Assembly (NCBI GenBank): GCA_947168405.1
Contig: CAMVLU010000002.1
Span: 1-42,810 of the forward strand
Direction: 5' to 3'
Origin: an uncultured Clostridia bacterium
GTDB taxonomy: Bacteria; Bacillota_I; Bacilli_A; RF39; UBA660
DNA: 42,810 nt
Shown here: positions 1-8,951 of the stretch, in pieces
Numbering within the stretch: position 1 is the stretch's first letter
Layout: every line of letters starts with the position of its first letter
The notes under the pieces: generated by a model
The model's input: only the letters and a program-made list of their open reading frames with translations
Databases searched by the model: none
Told to the model about the DNA's origin: nothing
Position numbers and translations under genes: made by a program

Positions 1-148
1 TATAATTGTTATTGTTTCTATTATTATCTCTTTGGTATTAACTGAATTAGTAAGATATTTTTTTCCTCCTTTACTTGGTGAAAAATATGATCATAATGGT
101 ATAATAAATAATATAAAAAATAAAAATAAACTAACTATAAGAATCTAA
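1..148 (+). CDS. 3' end of a CDS entering from upstream of the window; hydrophobic C-terminus, product unknown
   Basis: Frame is open from the window edge to TAA at 146-148 (...IIVIVSIIISLVLTELVRYFFPPLLGEKYDHNGIINNIKNKNKLTIRI*). One TM-like stretch. No family recognised. Confidence 0.35.
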   Translation, partial: IIVIVSIIISLVLTELVRYFFPPLLGEKYDHNGIINNIKNKNKLTIRI

Positions 149-281
149 TTTTTAATAAATTAAATGATTAAAATTGATAGTTTTTATAACTATATTGAAA
201 TTATTATTTTATAGTATATTGATATAGTATAAATTTATCTTTTTTTATGGAAATATAAAAAAATTATATTATTCAGATAAC

Positions 282-310
282 TTGAAAAAAATTATTTAAG
301 GTTGTATAAT
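282..310 (+). promoter_or_regulatory. sigma-A type promoter in front of the glycan operon
   Basis: TTGAAA (282-287), 17-bp spacer, TATAAT (305-310) with TG directly 5' of the -10. About 75 nt upstream of the first start codon. Confidence 0.45.
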
Positions 311-388
311 ACAACATAGATTTGCTTAACATCGTTTAATAATATTTGCAGTAATATATTAAATATTATTTATGGAAAGAAAGTGGGG

Positions 389-1171
389 ATGAGTGTGGAG
401 AAACAAAATGAGTTGATTTCAATAATTACTCCAGTATATAAAAGTGAAAAATTTATAGAAGAGACTTTGAAATGTGTTTTAAATCAAACTTATAAGAATT
501 GGGAGATGTTATTAGTTGATGATTGTAGTCCTGATAATTCTTCTAAAATTATAAAAAAATATGCAGATAAAGATAAAAGATTTAGATATATAAAATTAAA
601 AGAGAATTCTGGAGCTGCAATAGCAAGAAATACAGCACTTGAAAATAGTAAAGGTAGATTTATTGCATATTTAGATGCTGATGATTTATGGGATAATGAT
701 AAACTAGAAAAACAAGTCAATTTTATGATAAAGAATAATTATGCTTTTACATGTACAGATTATGAAAAAATAACAGAAGATGGTAATAGTTTAAATAAAA
801 TCGTTAAAATACCAAAACAAGTTAATTATAATTTGTTTTTAAGAAATACTATAATTCAAACTGTTGGAGTAATGGTTGATACTAATATTATTGGAAAAGA
901 TGTTTTAAAAATGCCTAATATAAGAAGAAGACAAGATGCTGCGACATGGGCTCAAATATTAAAAGCAGGATATGATTGTTATGAAGTTCCTGAAAAATTA
1001 TCTTATTATAGAGTAGTTTCTAATTCTTTATCTAGTAACAAATTAAAAGCAATAAAAATGAATTTATATTGGTATAGAAAAATAGAGAAACTATCATTAT
1101 TTAAAACATGTTATTGCTTTGTAGGATATGCATTTAATGCTGTAAAGAAAAGAATTTATATTAAGAAGTAG
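389..1171 (+). CDS. family-2 (GT-A fold) glycosyltransferase
   Basis: ISIITPVYKSEKFIEETLKCVLNQTYKNWEMLLVDDCSPDNS ... GRFIAYLDADDLW is the classic GT2 N-terminal fold with a DxD motif. The ORF opens at GTG 383; ATG 389 is chosen as start, with GTG 383 and GTG 395 as in-frame alternatives. Confidence 0.9.
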   Translation: MSVEKQNELISIITPVYKSEKFIEETLKCVLNQTYKNWEMLLVDDCSPDNSSKIIKKYADKDKRFRYIKLKENSGAAIARNTALENSKGRFIAYLDADDLWDNDKLEKQVNFMIKNNYAFTCTDYEKITEDGNSLNKIVKIPKQVNYNLFLRNTIIQTVGVMVDTNIIGKDVLKMPNIRRRQDAATWAQILKAGYDCYEVPEKLSYYRVVSNSLSSNKLKAIKMNLYWYRKIEKLSLFKTCYCFVGYAFNAVKKRIYIKK

Positions 1172-1180
1172 GTGATTAAT

Positions 1181-2059
1181 ATGACCCCAAAATTTAAAGA
1201 TAAATATAGACAGTCATATAGAAATATTTTAAAAATACTACCAACTAAAGTAGTGTTAAATATAGAGAATTTAAGAGGATATCACAAGTTTGTTAATTTT
1301 AAAAATCCACGATATTTTGGAGAAAAAATTCAATGGTTAAAGTTATATGGTAATTTAGAAAAATATTCAGATTATGTTGATAAATATAAAGTTAGAGAGT
1401 ACATAAAAAAAACGATTGGTGAAGAATATCTTATACCACTTCTTGGAGTATATGATAAAATTGAAGATATTAATTATGAATCTTTTCCTCATAAATTTGT
1501 TTTAAAATTAAACACTGGCTCAGGATATAATATAATTGTTAATGATAAAAATAAAATAAATATTAATGATATAAATATAAAATTAAAGAAATGGTTAGAA
1601 GAAGATTATTATAAGATAAAAAAGGAACCTCAATATAAAAATATAAAAAAGAAAATATTGTGTGAAAAGTATATTTGTGATAAAGAATGTCAATTGCTAG
1701 ATTATAAGTTTTTTTGTTTTAATGGAGTTCCAAAATTTATTGAAGTTGATTTTGATAGATTTGCTAATCACACAATGAATTTTTATGATATAGATTGGAA
1801 TTTATTAAAATTAAATAAAGGTGATTATCAAAACTATTATAATCATGTTGAAAAACCCGAGAAATTTAATGAAATGGTTAAAATAGTTGAAAAATTGTGT
1901 AAAAATTTTAATTTTGTAAGAGTAGATTTGTATAATGTTGATGGTAAAATTTACTTTGGAGAATTGACTTTTACACCAGCTGGAGGATTAACCCCATTTA
2001 AACCTATTGAAAAAGATATTGAAATATCCAAAATGTTTGATTTGAAAAGAGGAATATAA
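1181..2059 (+). CDS. ATP-grasp amidoligase, TupA-like (teichuronopeptide-type)
   Basis: FKNPRYFGEKIQWLKLY, DKYKVREYI, LLDYKFFCFNGVPKFIEVDFDR and RVDLYNVDGKIYFGELTFTPAGG match the TupA-like ATP-grasp pattern as I remember it. AGGTGA RBS lies 6 nt before ATG 1181 (the ORF opens at GTG 1172). Confidence 0.75.
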   Translation: MTPKFKDKYRQSYRNILKILPTKVVLNIENLRGYHKFVNFKNPRYFGEKIQWLKLYGNLEKYSDYVDKYKVREYIKKTIGEEYLIPLLGVYDKIEDINYESFPHKFVLKLNTGSGYNIIVNDKNKININDINIKLKKWLEEDYYKIKKEPQYKNIKKKILCEKYICDKECQLLDYKFFCFNGVPKFIEVDFDRFANHTMNFYDIDWNLLKLNKGDYQNYYNHVEKPEKFNEMVKIVEKLCKNFNFVRVDLYNVDGKIYFGELTFTPAGGLTPFKPIEKDIEISKMFDLKRGI

Positions 2060-2061
2060 AA

Positions 2062-3123
2062 ATGAAGATTGTAAAAGTAATAGTTAATCTTGTTTATAAA
2101 ACAAAATGTATAATAGATGAAAAAAAAACATTAAAAAAATGTGATGTGAAATTGAATAAAATAGAAAAAGAAAAAATTGAAAAAGGCAATTATTCTGTAT
2201 GTAAAATTATGAAAAATACATATGATGATTTTGAACAATCAGATTATCAATATTTTGTTTCAGATGATTTTTATCAATGTAAAATGCTTCCATTATTAAA
2301 TGATGTTAATTACAATATTTTTGGTATGAGACATAAATATAGTTATTTTATGGATAAAAATTATCAAGAAAAAATTGTAGAATGTTTTAAATTTCCTAAT
2401 GTTGTAATAAGAAAAATTAATAATGAATTTTATGATTCAAATTATAATTATATTACTGCAAAGGAAGCATTATCTAAAGTAATTAAATATGAAAAATTGG
2501 TATTTAAAAAATCTTTGGGATATGGTCATGGTAAAGGAGTTGTGCTTGTAGAAAAAAAACACTTTGCTAGTTTGTTAGATAATTTTAGTAATAATTTTGT
2601 AGTTCAAGATATAGTTGTTCAACATAGTGAGTTGGCTAAATTTAATTCTACATCTGTTAATATTATAAGAATTACATCTCTTTATTTAAAGGGACATGTA
2701 TATATTTTAGGATCAATACTACGTATAGGTCCTCCTGGGTCTTTTTGTGATCTTGTTAATAGCAAAGATGAAACTCCTCGAATTGTAGCAATTGATAATA
2801 ATGGTAATATTCATGGTCCTGCAATTTCACCTGTTACTTGTAAAAAATACAGTAATATATATGGTAAAACTATTAATGGTAAAATTCCTTTTTATGAAAA
2901 AATTATTGAAAGCATTAAGGAACAACATAAAAAATTTATTCATCATAGAATTATTGGTTGGGATATTACAATTGACAACAACAATAATATAATATGCATG
3001 GAATTTAATTCTCTTGTTCCTGGTATAATTCAAACGCAAATGGTTTGTGGACCTATTTTTTCTCAATTATCTAATAATAATTTACCATTATATGATGAAA
3101 TAATTAATATTGATAAAAATTAG
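2062..3123 (+). CDS. second ATP-grasp-like enzyme (sugar-transfer-associated type), tentative
   Basis: VFKKSLGYGHGKGVVLVEK, VVQDIVVQHSELAKFNSTSVNIIRITS and IIGWDITIDNNNNIICMEFNS resemble the nucleotide-binding and C-terminal strands of ATP-grasp ligases. Lies in the glycan operon 2 nt after the previous gene. Confidence 0.5.
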   Translation: MKIVKVIVNLVYKTKCIIDEKKTLKKCDVKLNKIEKEKIEKGNYSVCKIMKNTYDDFEQSDYQYFVSDDFYQCKMLPLLNDVNYNIFGMRHKYSYFMDKNYQEKIVECFKFPNVVIRKINNEFYDSNYNYITAKEALSKVIKYEKLVFKKSLGYGHGKGVVLVEKKHFASLLDNFSNNFVVQDIVVQHSELAKFNSTSVNIIRITSLYLKGHVYILGSILRIGPPGSFCDLVNSKDETPRIVAIDNNGNIHGPAISPVTCKKYSNIYGKTINGKIPFYEKIIESIKEQHKKFIHHRIIGWDITIDNNNNIICMEFNSLVPGIIQTQMVCGPIFSQLSNNNLPLYDEIINIDKN

Positions 3124-3137
3124 AAGGGAAGTAATAT

Positions 3138-3938
3138 ATGAAATTATGTGTTTTAATATCTACTATGTTTTGTGAAGATGTAAAAAAACTTATTGATAAT
3201 ATGAATATAAGAACTGATTGTATAGTTGTTAATCAATGTGATATTTCAAAAGAAAAAAAAGAAACAATTGAATACAAAGGAAAAATAATAACATTTATTT
3301 CAACTAATGAGCGTGGCTTAAGTAAAAGTAGAAACAAAGCATTAAGTAATGTTTCAAATGATGTAGATGTTGTAATATTTACTGATGATGATATTTTGTT
3401 TATTGATGATTATGAAAATAATATATTAGATGTGTATAAAGATGATAATGTTGATGGATGTGCATTTAGTATTATTAGATTAAATGGAAAAGTTAATAAA
3501 AAACTATCAAAAAAAATTAATAAGATAACAATGTTAAGAGTATGTTCTGTTTCTATGACGTTTCGCTATAAATCTATAAAAAACATGAAATTTGATGTAA
3601 ATTTTGGAACTGGATCAGGAAAATATACTTTGGGAGAAGAAAATATATTTATATGTGATTGCTTAAACAATAAATTAAACATTATTAGTAATACATATGT
3701 TATGTGTAAAGAATGTAATATAAGGAAATCAACCTGGTATAAAGGTATGAACAAAGAGTATTTTATTTCAAGAGGTGCTGTATTTAGAAGATTATATAAC
3801 TGTTTATCTTGGATATTTATTTTAGATTTTGCTTTAAGAAAAAGGAAAAGATATAAAGACAATATGTCTACAAGAACTGCATTAGAATATATGTTTTATG
3901 GCAGCAAACAAATCAAGAAGGAAAATAAAAATGGTTAA
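3138..3938 (+). CDS. GT-A fold glycosyltransferase
   Basis: LCVLISTMF...IVVNQCD...RGLSKSRNKAL...VVIFTDDDILFIDDY shows a Rossmann-like N-terminus with a DDD motif. RBS is GGGAAG. Confidence 0.7.
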   Translation: MKLCVLISTMFCEDVKKLIDNMNIRTDCIVVNQCDISKEKKETIEYKGKIITFISTNERGLSKSRNKALSNVSNDVDVVIFTDDDILFIDDYENNILDVYKDDNVDGCAFSIIRLNGKVNKKLSKKINKITMLRVCSVSMTFRYKSIKNMKFDVNFGTGSGKYTLGEENIFICDCLNNKLNIISNTYVMCKECNIRKSTWYKGMNKEYFISRGAVFRRLYNCLSWIFILDFALRKRKRYKDNMSTRTALEYMFYGSKQIKKENKNG

Positions 3939-4806
3939 AGGATTAGTTAGTATTATAATTACAACATATAAAACAAATGATAGTATTTTAAAATCAATAG
4001 ATTCAGCTTTACATCAATCATATAAAAATATTGAAATAATTGTTGTTGATGATAATGATCCTAAGAGTGAATATCGGATATATACTGAAAATTTAGTAAA
4101 AAAATATTCAAAATTCAATAATGTAAAATTTATTTTTCATAAAAAAAATATGAATGGTAGTACCGCAAGAAATACAGGAGCTTCAGCTGCAAATGGAGAA
4201 TATTTAAGCTTTTTAGATGATGATGATTATTATTTAGAAAACAAAATATTATGTGAAATTGAACTATTGAAAAAAAATGATTTAGATTTTTGTTCATGTT
4301 ATTATTATAGAAATAATAAAGTTTATACATTTCCTATAAAAAACGATTATACAGAAGATGTTTTTTTTAATAAAATAGTTCCACAAACATCATCCTTTTT
4401 TCTTAAAAAAAAGTGCTTTGATGAACTTAAAGGTTTCGATGTATCATATTTCAGACATCAAGATTATGAGTTTTTGTTGCGAATTTGCAAAAAATATAAA
4501 ATTGGTATTGTAGATAAACCTTTATATGTTAGAGATAGTAATGGAATAAATAATGTTCCAAATGGTCATTCATTAGAATTATTAAAAGATAAATTTCTTT
4601 CTGATTTTGATTATTTAATTAATAATCATCAATTAAACAAAAAAAAGATTTATGCAAAAAATTATTCAATAGTTTTATTTTCATATTTGAAGGAGAAAAA
4701 TAATAAAAAGGCTATTGAAATTATAAAAAAATATAATAATATTTATTTTTGGGGGTTTTTTATAAAAAAAATATTTATGTCAATAAAATATAAAGTGAGA
4801 GGTTAA
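3931..4806 (+). CDS. family-2 glycosyltransferase
   Basis: VSIIITTYKTNDSILKSIDSALHQSYKNIEIIVVDDNDP...GSTARNTGASAANGEYLSFLDDDDYY. ATG 3931 overlaps the upstream stop by 8 nt (the ORF opens at 3898). Confidence 0.85.
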   Translation: MVKGLVSIIITTYKTNDSILKSIDSALHQSYKNIEIIVVDDNDPKSEYRIYTENLVKKYSKFNNVKFIFHKKNMNGSTARNTGASAANGEYLSFLDDDDYYLENKILCEIELLKKNDLDFCSCYYYRNNKVYTFPIKNDYTEDVFFNKIVPQTSSFFLKKKCFDELKGFDVSYFRHQDYEFLLRICKKYKIGIVDKPLYVRDSNGINNVPNGHSLELLKDKFLSDFDYLINNHQLNKKKIYAKNYSIVLFSYLKEKNNKKAIEIIKKYNNIYFWGFFIKKIFMSIKYKVRG

Positions 4807-4807
4807 T

Positions 4808-5089
4808 ATGAAAAAAAATGAAAACCATATTATTTCTAAAATTAGTGTTAATGAATTATTGTTAGCTTTAAATATTGTTTTTTTTCCAGGATTTAATTAT
4901 TTTATAAAAAACTATAAAATTAATTATTTAATATCAATATGTATTCTAATTATTTTTATATTGTATAATTTGTTTTTATATATAAAAAAAGATGAAAGAC
5001 CAAAGGTTTCAATAACTACATTTTTTATTTATATAATAGTTAAAAAATTTTATTTTGTATGGATTTATTCCAATTTTATTATTTTCTAA
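4808..5089 (+). CDS. polytopic membrane fragment, probably the 5' portion of wzy
   Basis: 93 aa consisting only of TM-like helices. Overlaps the next ORF by 35 nt in another frame (see finding). Confidence 0.45.
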   Translation: MKKNENHIISKISVNELLLALNIVFFPGFNYFIKNYKINYLISICILIIFILYNLFLYIKKDERPKVSITTFFIYIIVKKFYFVWIYSNFIIF

Positions 5090-5921
5090 GATCAACAACT
5101 ATAAGAATTTGATATCATATTTATCTTTTTTCTATTTAATATTATTTATATTATCTATTAGAGATCCATTTATTGGTTATCCTATTTATTATGGATATAT
5201 GTCGTTCGGTTTATTTTGTTCTTTACCTAGTTTTATTTTATTTCATATTGAAAGAAAATATTATGATAAAAAGATTTTTTTAATTCCAGAAATTCTTTCA
5301 ATTCTTACGTTATTATATTCAAATAGAAATTCAATTTTAGTTGCATTAATTTTCGTTTTTGTATTAGATTTTTTAATCAAAAAAAATAATATTAAGAAAA
5401 TGATGAAATATTTTGTTATTTCAGTTGTAATAGGTGTTTTATTGATTAATATTGGTAATATATTAAATTTTATAAATAATAATTTGAATATTAATTCATA
5501 CGCTATAAAAGCACTAATAAGTTGGAGTAATATGTCAACGAATGGTTTAACTGGTAGAGATGTAATATGGAAAAATGCAATTAATGAATTGTTAAATAAT
5601 CCAGTTATTGGTATGGGAATTGGTGGATTTCATGCAAAATATGGTTATTATTGTCATAATGTGATTTTGGATTTATATCTATCTTTAGGAATAATTTTTG
5701 GAAGTGTATTTATTATTGTATTTATATATAAAATACGCGAGACATATAAAAATAATAATAATTATGATAAACAAATATTTTTAATATATATATTAGCAAT
5801 AGGAATTTTACCATTAATGTTTAATAATTATTTTATGGCATGGAAATATTTTTGGATTGCATTATATTTTATATTTAATAGATCGAATAATTATGGAAAA
5901 GAGAGTGTATTAAATGAATAG
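5055..5921 (+). CDS. wzy: O-antigen/EPS polymerase (Wzy, O-antigen-ligase-like domain), C-terminal portion
   Basis: GRDVIWKNAINELLNNPVIGMGIGGFHAKYGYYCHNVILDLYLSLGIIFG is the typical Wzy_C periplasmic loop and flanking helices. The start is unclear: the track uses TTG 5055 and the frame is open from 5040. Confidence 0.65.
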   Translation: MYGFIPILLFSKINNYKNLISYLSFFYLILFILSIRDPFIGYPIYYGYMSFGLFCSLPSFILFHIERKYYDKKIFLIPEILSILTLLYSNRNSILVALIFVFVLDFLIKKNNIKKMMKYFVISVVIGVLLINIGNILNFINNNLNINSYAIKALISWSNMSTNGLTGRDVIWKNAINELLNNPVIGMGIGGFHAKYGYYCHNVILDLYLSLGIIFGSVFIIVFIYKIRETYKNNNNYDKQIFLIYILAIGILPLMFNNYFMAWKYFWIALYFIFNRSNNYGKESVLNE

Positions 5922-7320
5922 AGAAAAGCAACTTATAAAAAATTCAGCTATAATAGGTATAGGTAGACTTTTACCAAAATTGATATCTGTTATTACTTTA
6001 CCTATTATTACAAGTCAATTAACGAAAACAGAATTTGGAATATATGATTTGGTAAGTACCTTAGTTATGTTTTTGTTACCAATTGCTACTTTGCAAGTTC
6101 ATTCGGCTGGATTTAGGTTTTTAATTGATGCAAGAAATGATAAAGAAAAAATAACTAAAATTGTTACAAATATATTTGCTATAGTTATTCCAATATCTGT
6201 TGTAGTGTCATTTTCATTGTTTTTTATTCTCCGTAATATATCTTCTATAACAAAATTTTCAATTTGTATGTATTTGATTTCTGATATCTTATTTCTATGT
6301 ATATCCCAAATTTGTAGAGGATTATCATATAATAAAATCTACTCTATAGGTTCTGTGATTGTTTCAACATTAAATGCATTAGGAATTGTTTTTTCTTTAA
6401 TTATAAATGATTATGGAATAACTGGTATAATTATTTCTTTATGTGTTTCACATATTATTGCATTGATTTTTATATTTTTTAAAATCAAAATATTTAGATA
6501 TATAAATTTAAAATATATTTCTAAGTCAGACATAAAAGAAATTATAAAATATTCATGGCCAATGATTCCTAATAATTTATCAGTATGGATATTAAACTTA
6601 TCTGATAGAGTTGTTATATCGTCTTTTTTGGGGTTAGAAGCTAATGCAATATATGCTGTTGCCAATAAGATACCACAGTTTTTATCTATTGCTCAATCTA
6701 TTTTTGTGATGGCATGGCAAGAAAATGCTTCAATTGCTATTAAAGATAAGGATGCAGATTTATATTTTTCCAATATGTTTAAAAAAATATTTAAATTAAT
6801 GTTTTCAGTAACAATTATTTTAATTGCATTTACACCAATAATATTTAAAATTTTGATTAGAGGAGATTATAGTAAAGCATATGTTCAAATCCCAATCTTG
6901 TTCTTAGCAATGTTTTTTAATTGTATGGCATCGTTTTTTGGTGGTATCTATATAGCTTATAAACAAACAAAAAAAATTGGTACTAGTACAATGGTTATTG
7001 CGGGAATAAATTTACTAATAGATTTAGTTCTTGTTAAGTTAATTGGTATAACTGCTGGTTCATTATCAACATTAGTTGCATACTTGTGTTTATATATTTA
7101 TAGATGTATAGACGTGAAGAATTTTCAAAAAATAAATTTGTTTTATAAAATGCAAATTATATTTATCGCAATAATAATATTTATGTTAATATTATGTTTT
7201 TGTCAAAATATGATTTTAAATATTATTAATATTATTATTGGTATTATTTTATTTGCTTATTGTAATGTTGATATTATAAATTTAATAATTAAGAAAATAA
7301 AAAAGGTGATTAAAATATGA
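5914..7320 (+). CDS. wzx: Wzx-type polysaccharide flippase (MOP/PST family)
   Basis: 468 aa with about 12-14 TM segments. The N-terminus LIKNSAIIGIGRLLPKLISVITLPIITSQLTKTEFGIYDL is typical of Wzx. Overlaps wzy by 8 nt. Confidence 0.8.
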   Translation: MNREKQLIKNSAIIGIGRLLPKLISVITLPIITSQLTKTEFGIYDLVSTLVMFLLPIATLQVHSAGFRFLIDARNDKEKITKIVTNIFAIVIPISVVVSFSLFFILRNISSITKFSICMYLISDILFLCISQICRGLSYNKIYSIGSVIVSTLNALGIVFSLIINDYGITGIIISLCVSHIIALIFIFFKIKIFRYINLKYISKSDIKEIIKYSWPMIPNNLSVWILNLSDRVVISSFLGLEANAIYAVANKIPQFLSIAQSIFVMAWQENASIAIKDKDADLYFSNMFKKIFKLMFSVTIILIAFTPIIFKILIRGDYSKAYVQIPILFLAMFFNCMASFFGGIYIAYKQTKKIGTSTMVIAGINLLIDLVLVKLIGITAGSLSTLVAYLCLYIYRCIDVKNFQKINLFYKMQIIFIAIIIFMLILCFCQNMILNIINIIIGIILFAYCNVDIINLIIKKIKKVIKI

Positions 7321-8138
7321 AAATAGGAATATGTTATTCTGATGTAAATAATATGGGTGATGTTTTAAATAAAAATTTAATTGAAAAAGTATTTAATTGT
7401 AAAGTTATCAGGAAATCACACTATTCAGCTGATATGATAGCGATAGGAAGTGGATTAAAAATATATTTATATGAAAAAAAAATTATTAAAAATATTAGAA
7501 AAAAAATAAATGGATTATTAAAACCTACAGTATATGTGTGGGGAACAGGATTTATTAATTATGCCCATGGAGATGAAAAATTTTATAAGAAAAATATGAT
7601 ATTTAAAGCTGTTAGAGGAAATTTAACAAAAAATAGAGTTGAAAAAATTATAGGAAGAAAATTAAATATTCCAACTGCTGATGGTGGATTGCTAGCATCA
7701 TATTTTATTGATAAAATTCCTCAAAAAAAATATGATGTTGGCATTATAGCTCATTTTCGTGAAAAAGAATGCAAAGAGTTTCAATGGTTATTAGAAAAGT
7801 TTGATAATTCAACATTTATAGATGTTCAAGATTCACCTGAAAATGTTACAAAGAAAATAGCAGAATGCAAAACTATTATTTCAAGTAGCCTTCACGGATT
7901 AATTATTTCTGATAGCTTAAATATTCCAAATATACATATTGTTGTATCTGATAAGCTTATTGGCGATGGGTATAAATTTGATGATTATTATTCATCATAT
8001 AATTTAAAACATGAATATATTAAATCATCTGACATACCATCTTTAACATTAGATAAAATTATTAAAAATTATAAAATTTCTAAAAATATGGTAGATGAGA
8101 AGAAGAAACAATTGATAGATTGTTTTCCATTCAAGTAA
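7317..8138 (+). CDS. polysaccharide pyruvyl transferase
   Basis: MKIGICYSDVNNMGDVLN...IGSGL...VWGTGF...AVRGNLT...IISSSLHGLIISDSLNIPNIHI matches the PS_pyruv_trans pattern. ATGA overlap with the wzx stop. Confidence 0.7.
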   Translation: MKIGICYSDVNNMGDVLNKNLIEKVFNCKVIRKSHYSADMIAIGSGLKIYLYEKKIIKNIRKKINGLLKPTVYVWGTGFINYAHGDEKFYKKNMIFKAVRGNLTKNRVEKIIGRKLNIPTADGGLLASYFIDKIPQKKYDVGIIAHFREKECKEFQWLLEKFDNSTFIDVQDSPENVTKKIAECKTIISSSLHGLIISDSLNIPNIHIVVSDKLIGDGYKFDDYYSSYNLKHEYIKSSDIPSLTLDKIIKNYKISKNMVDEKKKQLIDCFPFK

Positions 8139-8158
8139 TTTATAATGGAGGAAATGTT

Positions 8159-8878
8159 ATGCTTTTAAAAAAATATATATATAAGATATTAAAAAAAATA
8201 TTTGATTATAATCATTCTGATAGTAAAACATTTATAAAATATTTGAGAAAAAACCATGTGTCTGTTGGAGATTATACTTATTTTTTTAATCCTAGAAAAA
8301 CTATTATAGATATAAAAAATGGTAAATTTATTACAATAGGTAGTAACTGTAAAATTACGCAAGGAGTGGTAATTTTGGCTCATGATTTTAGTTATTCTAT
8401 TTTAAGACCTATATATAATGAGATTCCTAAAAAATGTGCTGAGACAATTATTGGAGATAATGTTTTTGTAGGAATAAATTCAATTATATTAATGGGAAGT
8501 AAAATAGGTAATAATTGTATAATTGGAGCCGGATCTGTAGTTAGTGGTAAAATACCTGATAATGAAGTATGGGCAGGTAATCCTGCTAGGTTTATTTGTA
8601 CTTTAGATGATTATTATAAAAAGTGTAAATCCAAATATGAAGATGGTGCTATCTTAACTGTAAAAAAATATAGAGAAAAACTTAAAAGAAATCCGACAAT
8701 ACAAGAGTTACATTTTTTTAGTTTATTATTTTTAAATAATGACATTTCAATCGATGCAAAAGAACAAATATCTAAAATGCCTTTTCATGGAGATAAATTT
8801 GATGAAGTAGTAGAAGATAGTTTAAAATATAAAAGTAAATATGATAGTTATGATGATTTTATTAAAAGTATAAAATAA
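8159..8878 (+). CDS. hexapeptide-repeat (LbH) O-acetyltransferase
   Basis: IGDNVFVGINSIILMGSKIGNNCIIGAGSVVSGKIPDNEVWAGNPARFI. GGAGG RBS (8147-8151) precedes ATG 8159 (the ORF opens at 8120). Confidence 0.85.
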   Translation: MLLKKYIYKILKKIFDYNHSDSKTFIKYLRKNHVSVGDYTYFFNPRKTIIDIKNGKFITIGSNCKITQGVVILAHDFSYSILRPIYNEIPKKCAETIIGDNVFVGINSIILMGSKIGNNCIIGAGSVVSGKIPDNEVWAGNPARFICTLDDYYKKCKSKYEDGAILTVKKYREKLKRNPTIQELHFFSLLFLNNDISIDAKEQISKMPFHGDKFDEVVEDSLKYKSKYDSYDDFIKSIK

Positions 8879-8951
8879 TTTATTATATAACGTTATAAAT
8901 ATTGGTTAAATTGAAACATATAAAATATAAATAAATAGGAGGATTAAAAAT

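Noticed and set aside
2120-4648. A8-A9 and T8 homopolymer tracts inside glycan genes (e.g. A9 2120-2128, A8 3253-3260, A8 4141-4148, A8 4270-4277, T8 4361-4368, A8 4405-4412, A8 4639-4646) as phase-variation switches.
   Set aside because: Tracts of this length are expected by chance at this base composition, and all the genes concerned are currently in frame. Only the wzy split (reported separately) shows an actual frame disruption.
8886-8897. 12-bp palindrome TATAACGTTATA upstream of the hydroxyacyl-CoA dehydrogenase gene as an operator.
   Set aside because: It is short, AT-rich and easily arises by chance. There is no second copy in the window and no adjacent regulator gene.
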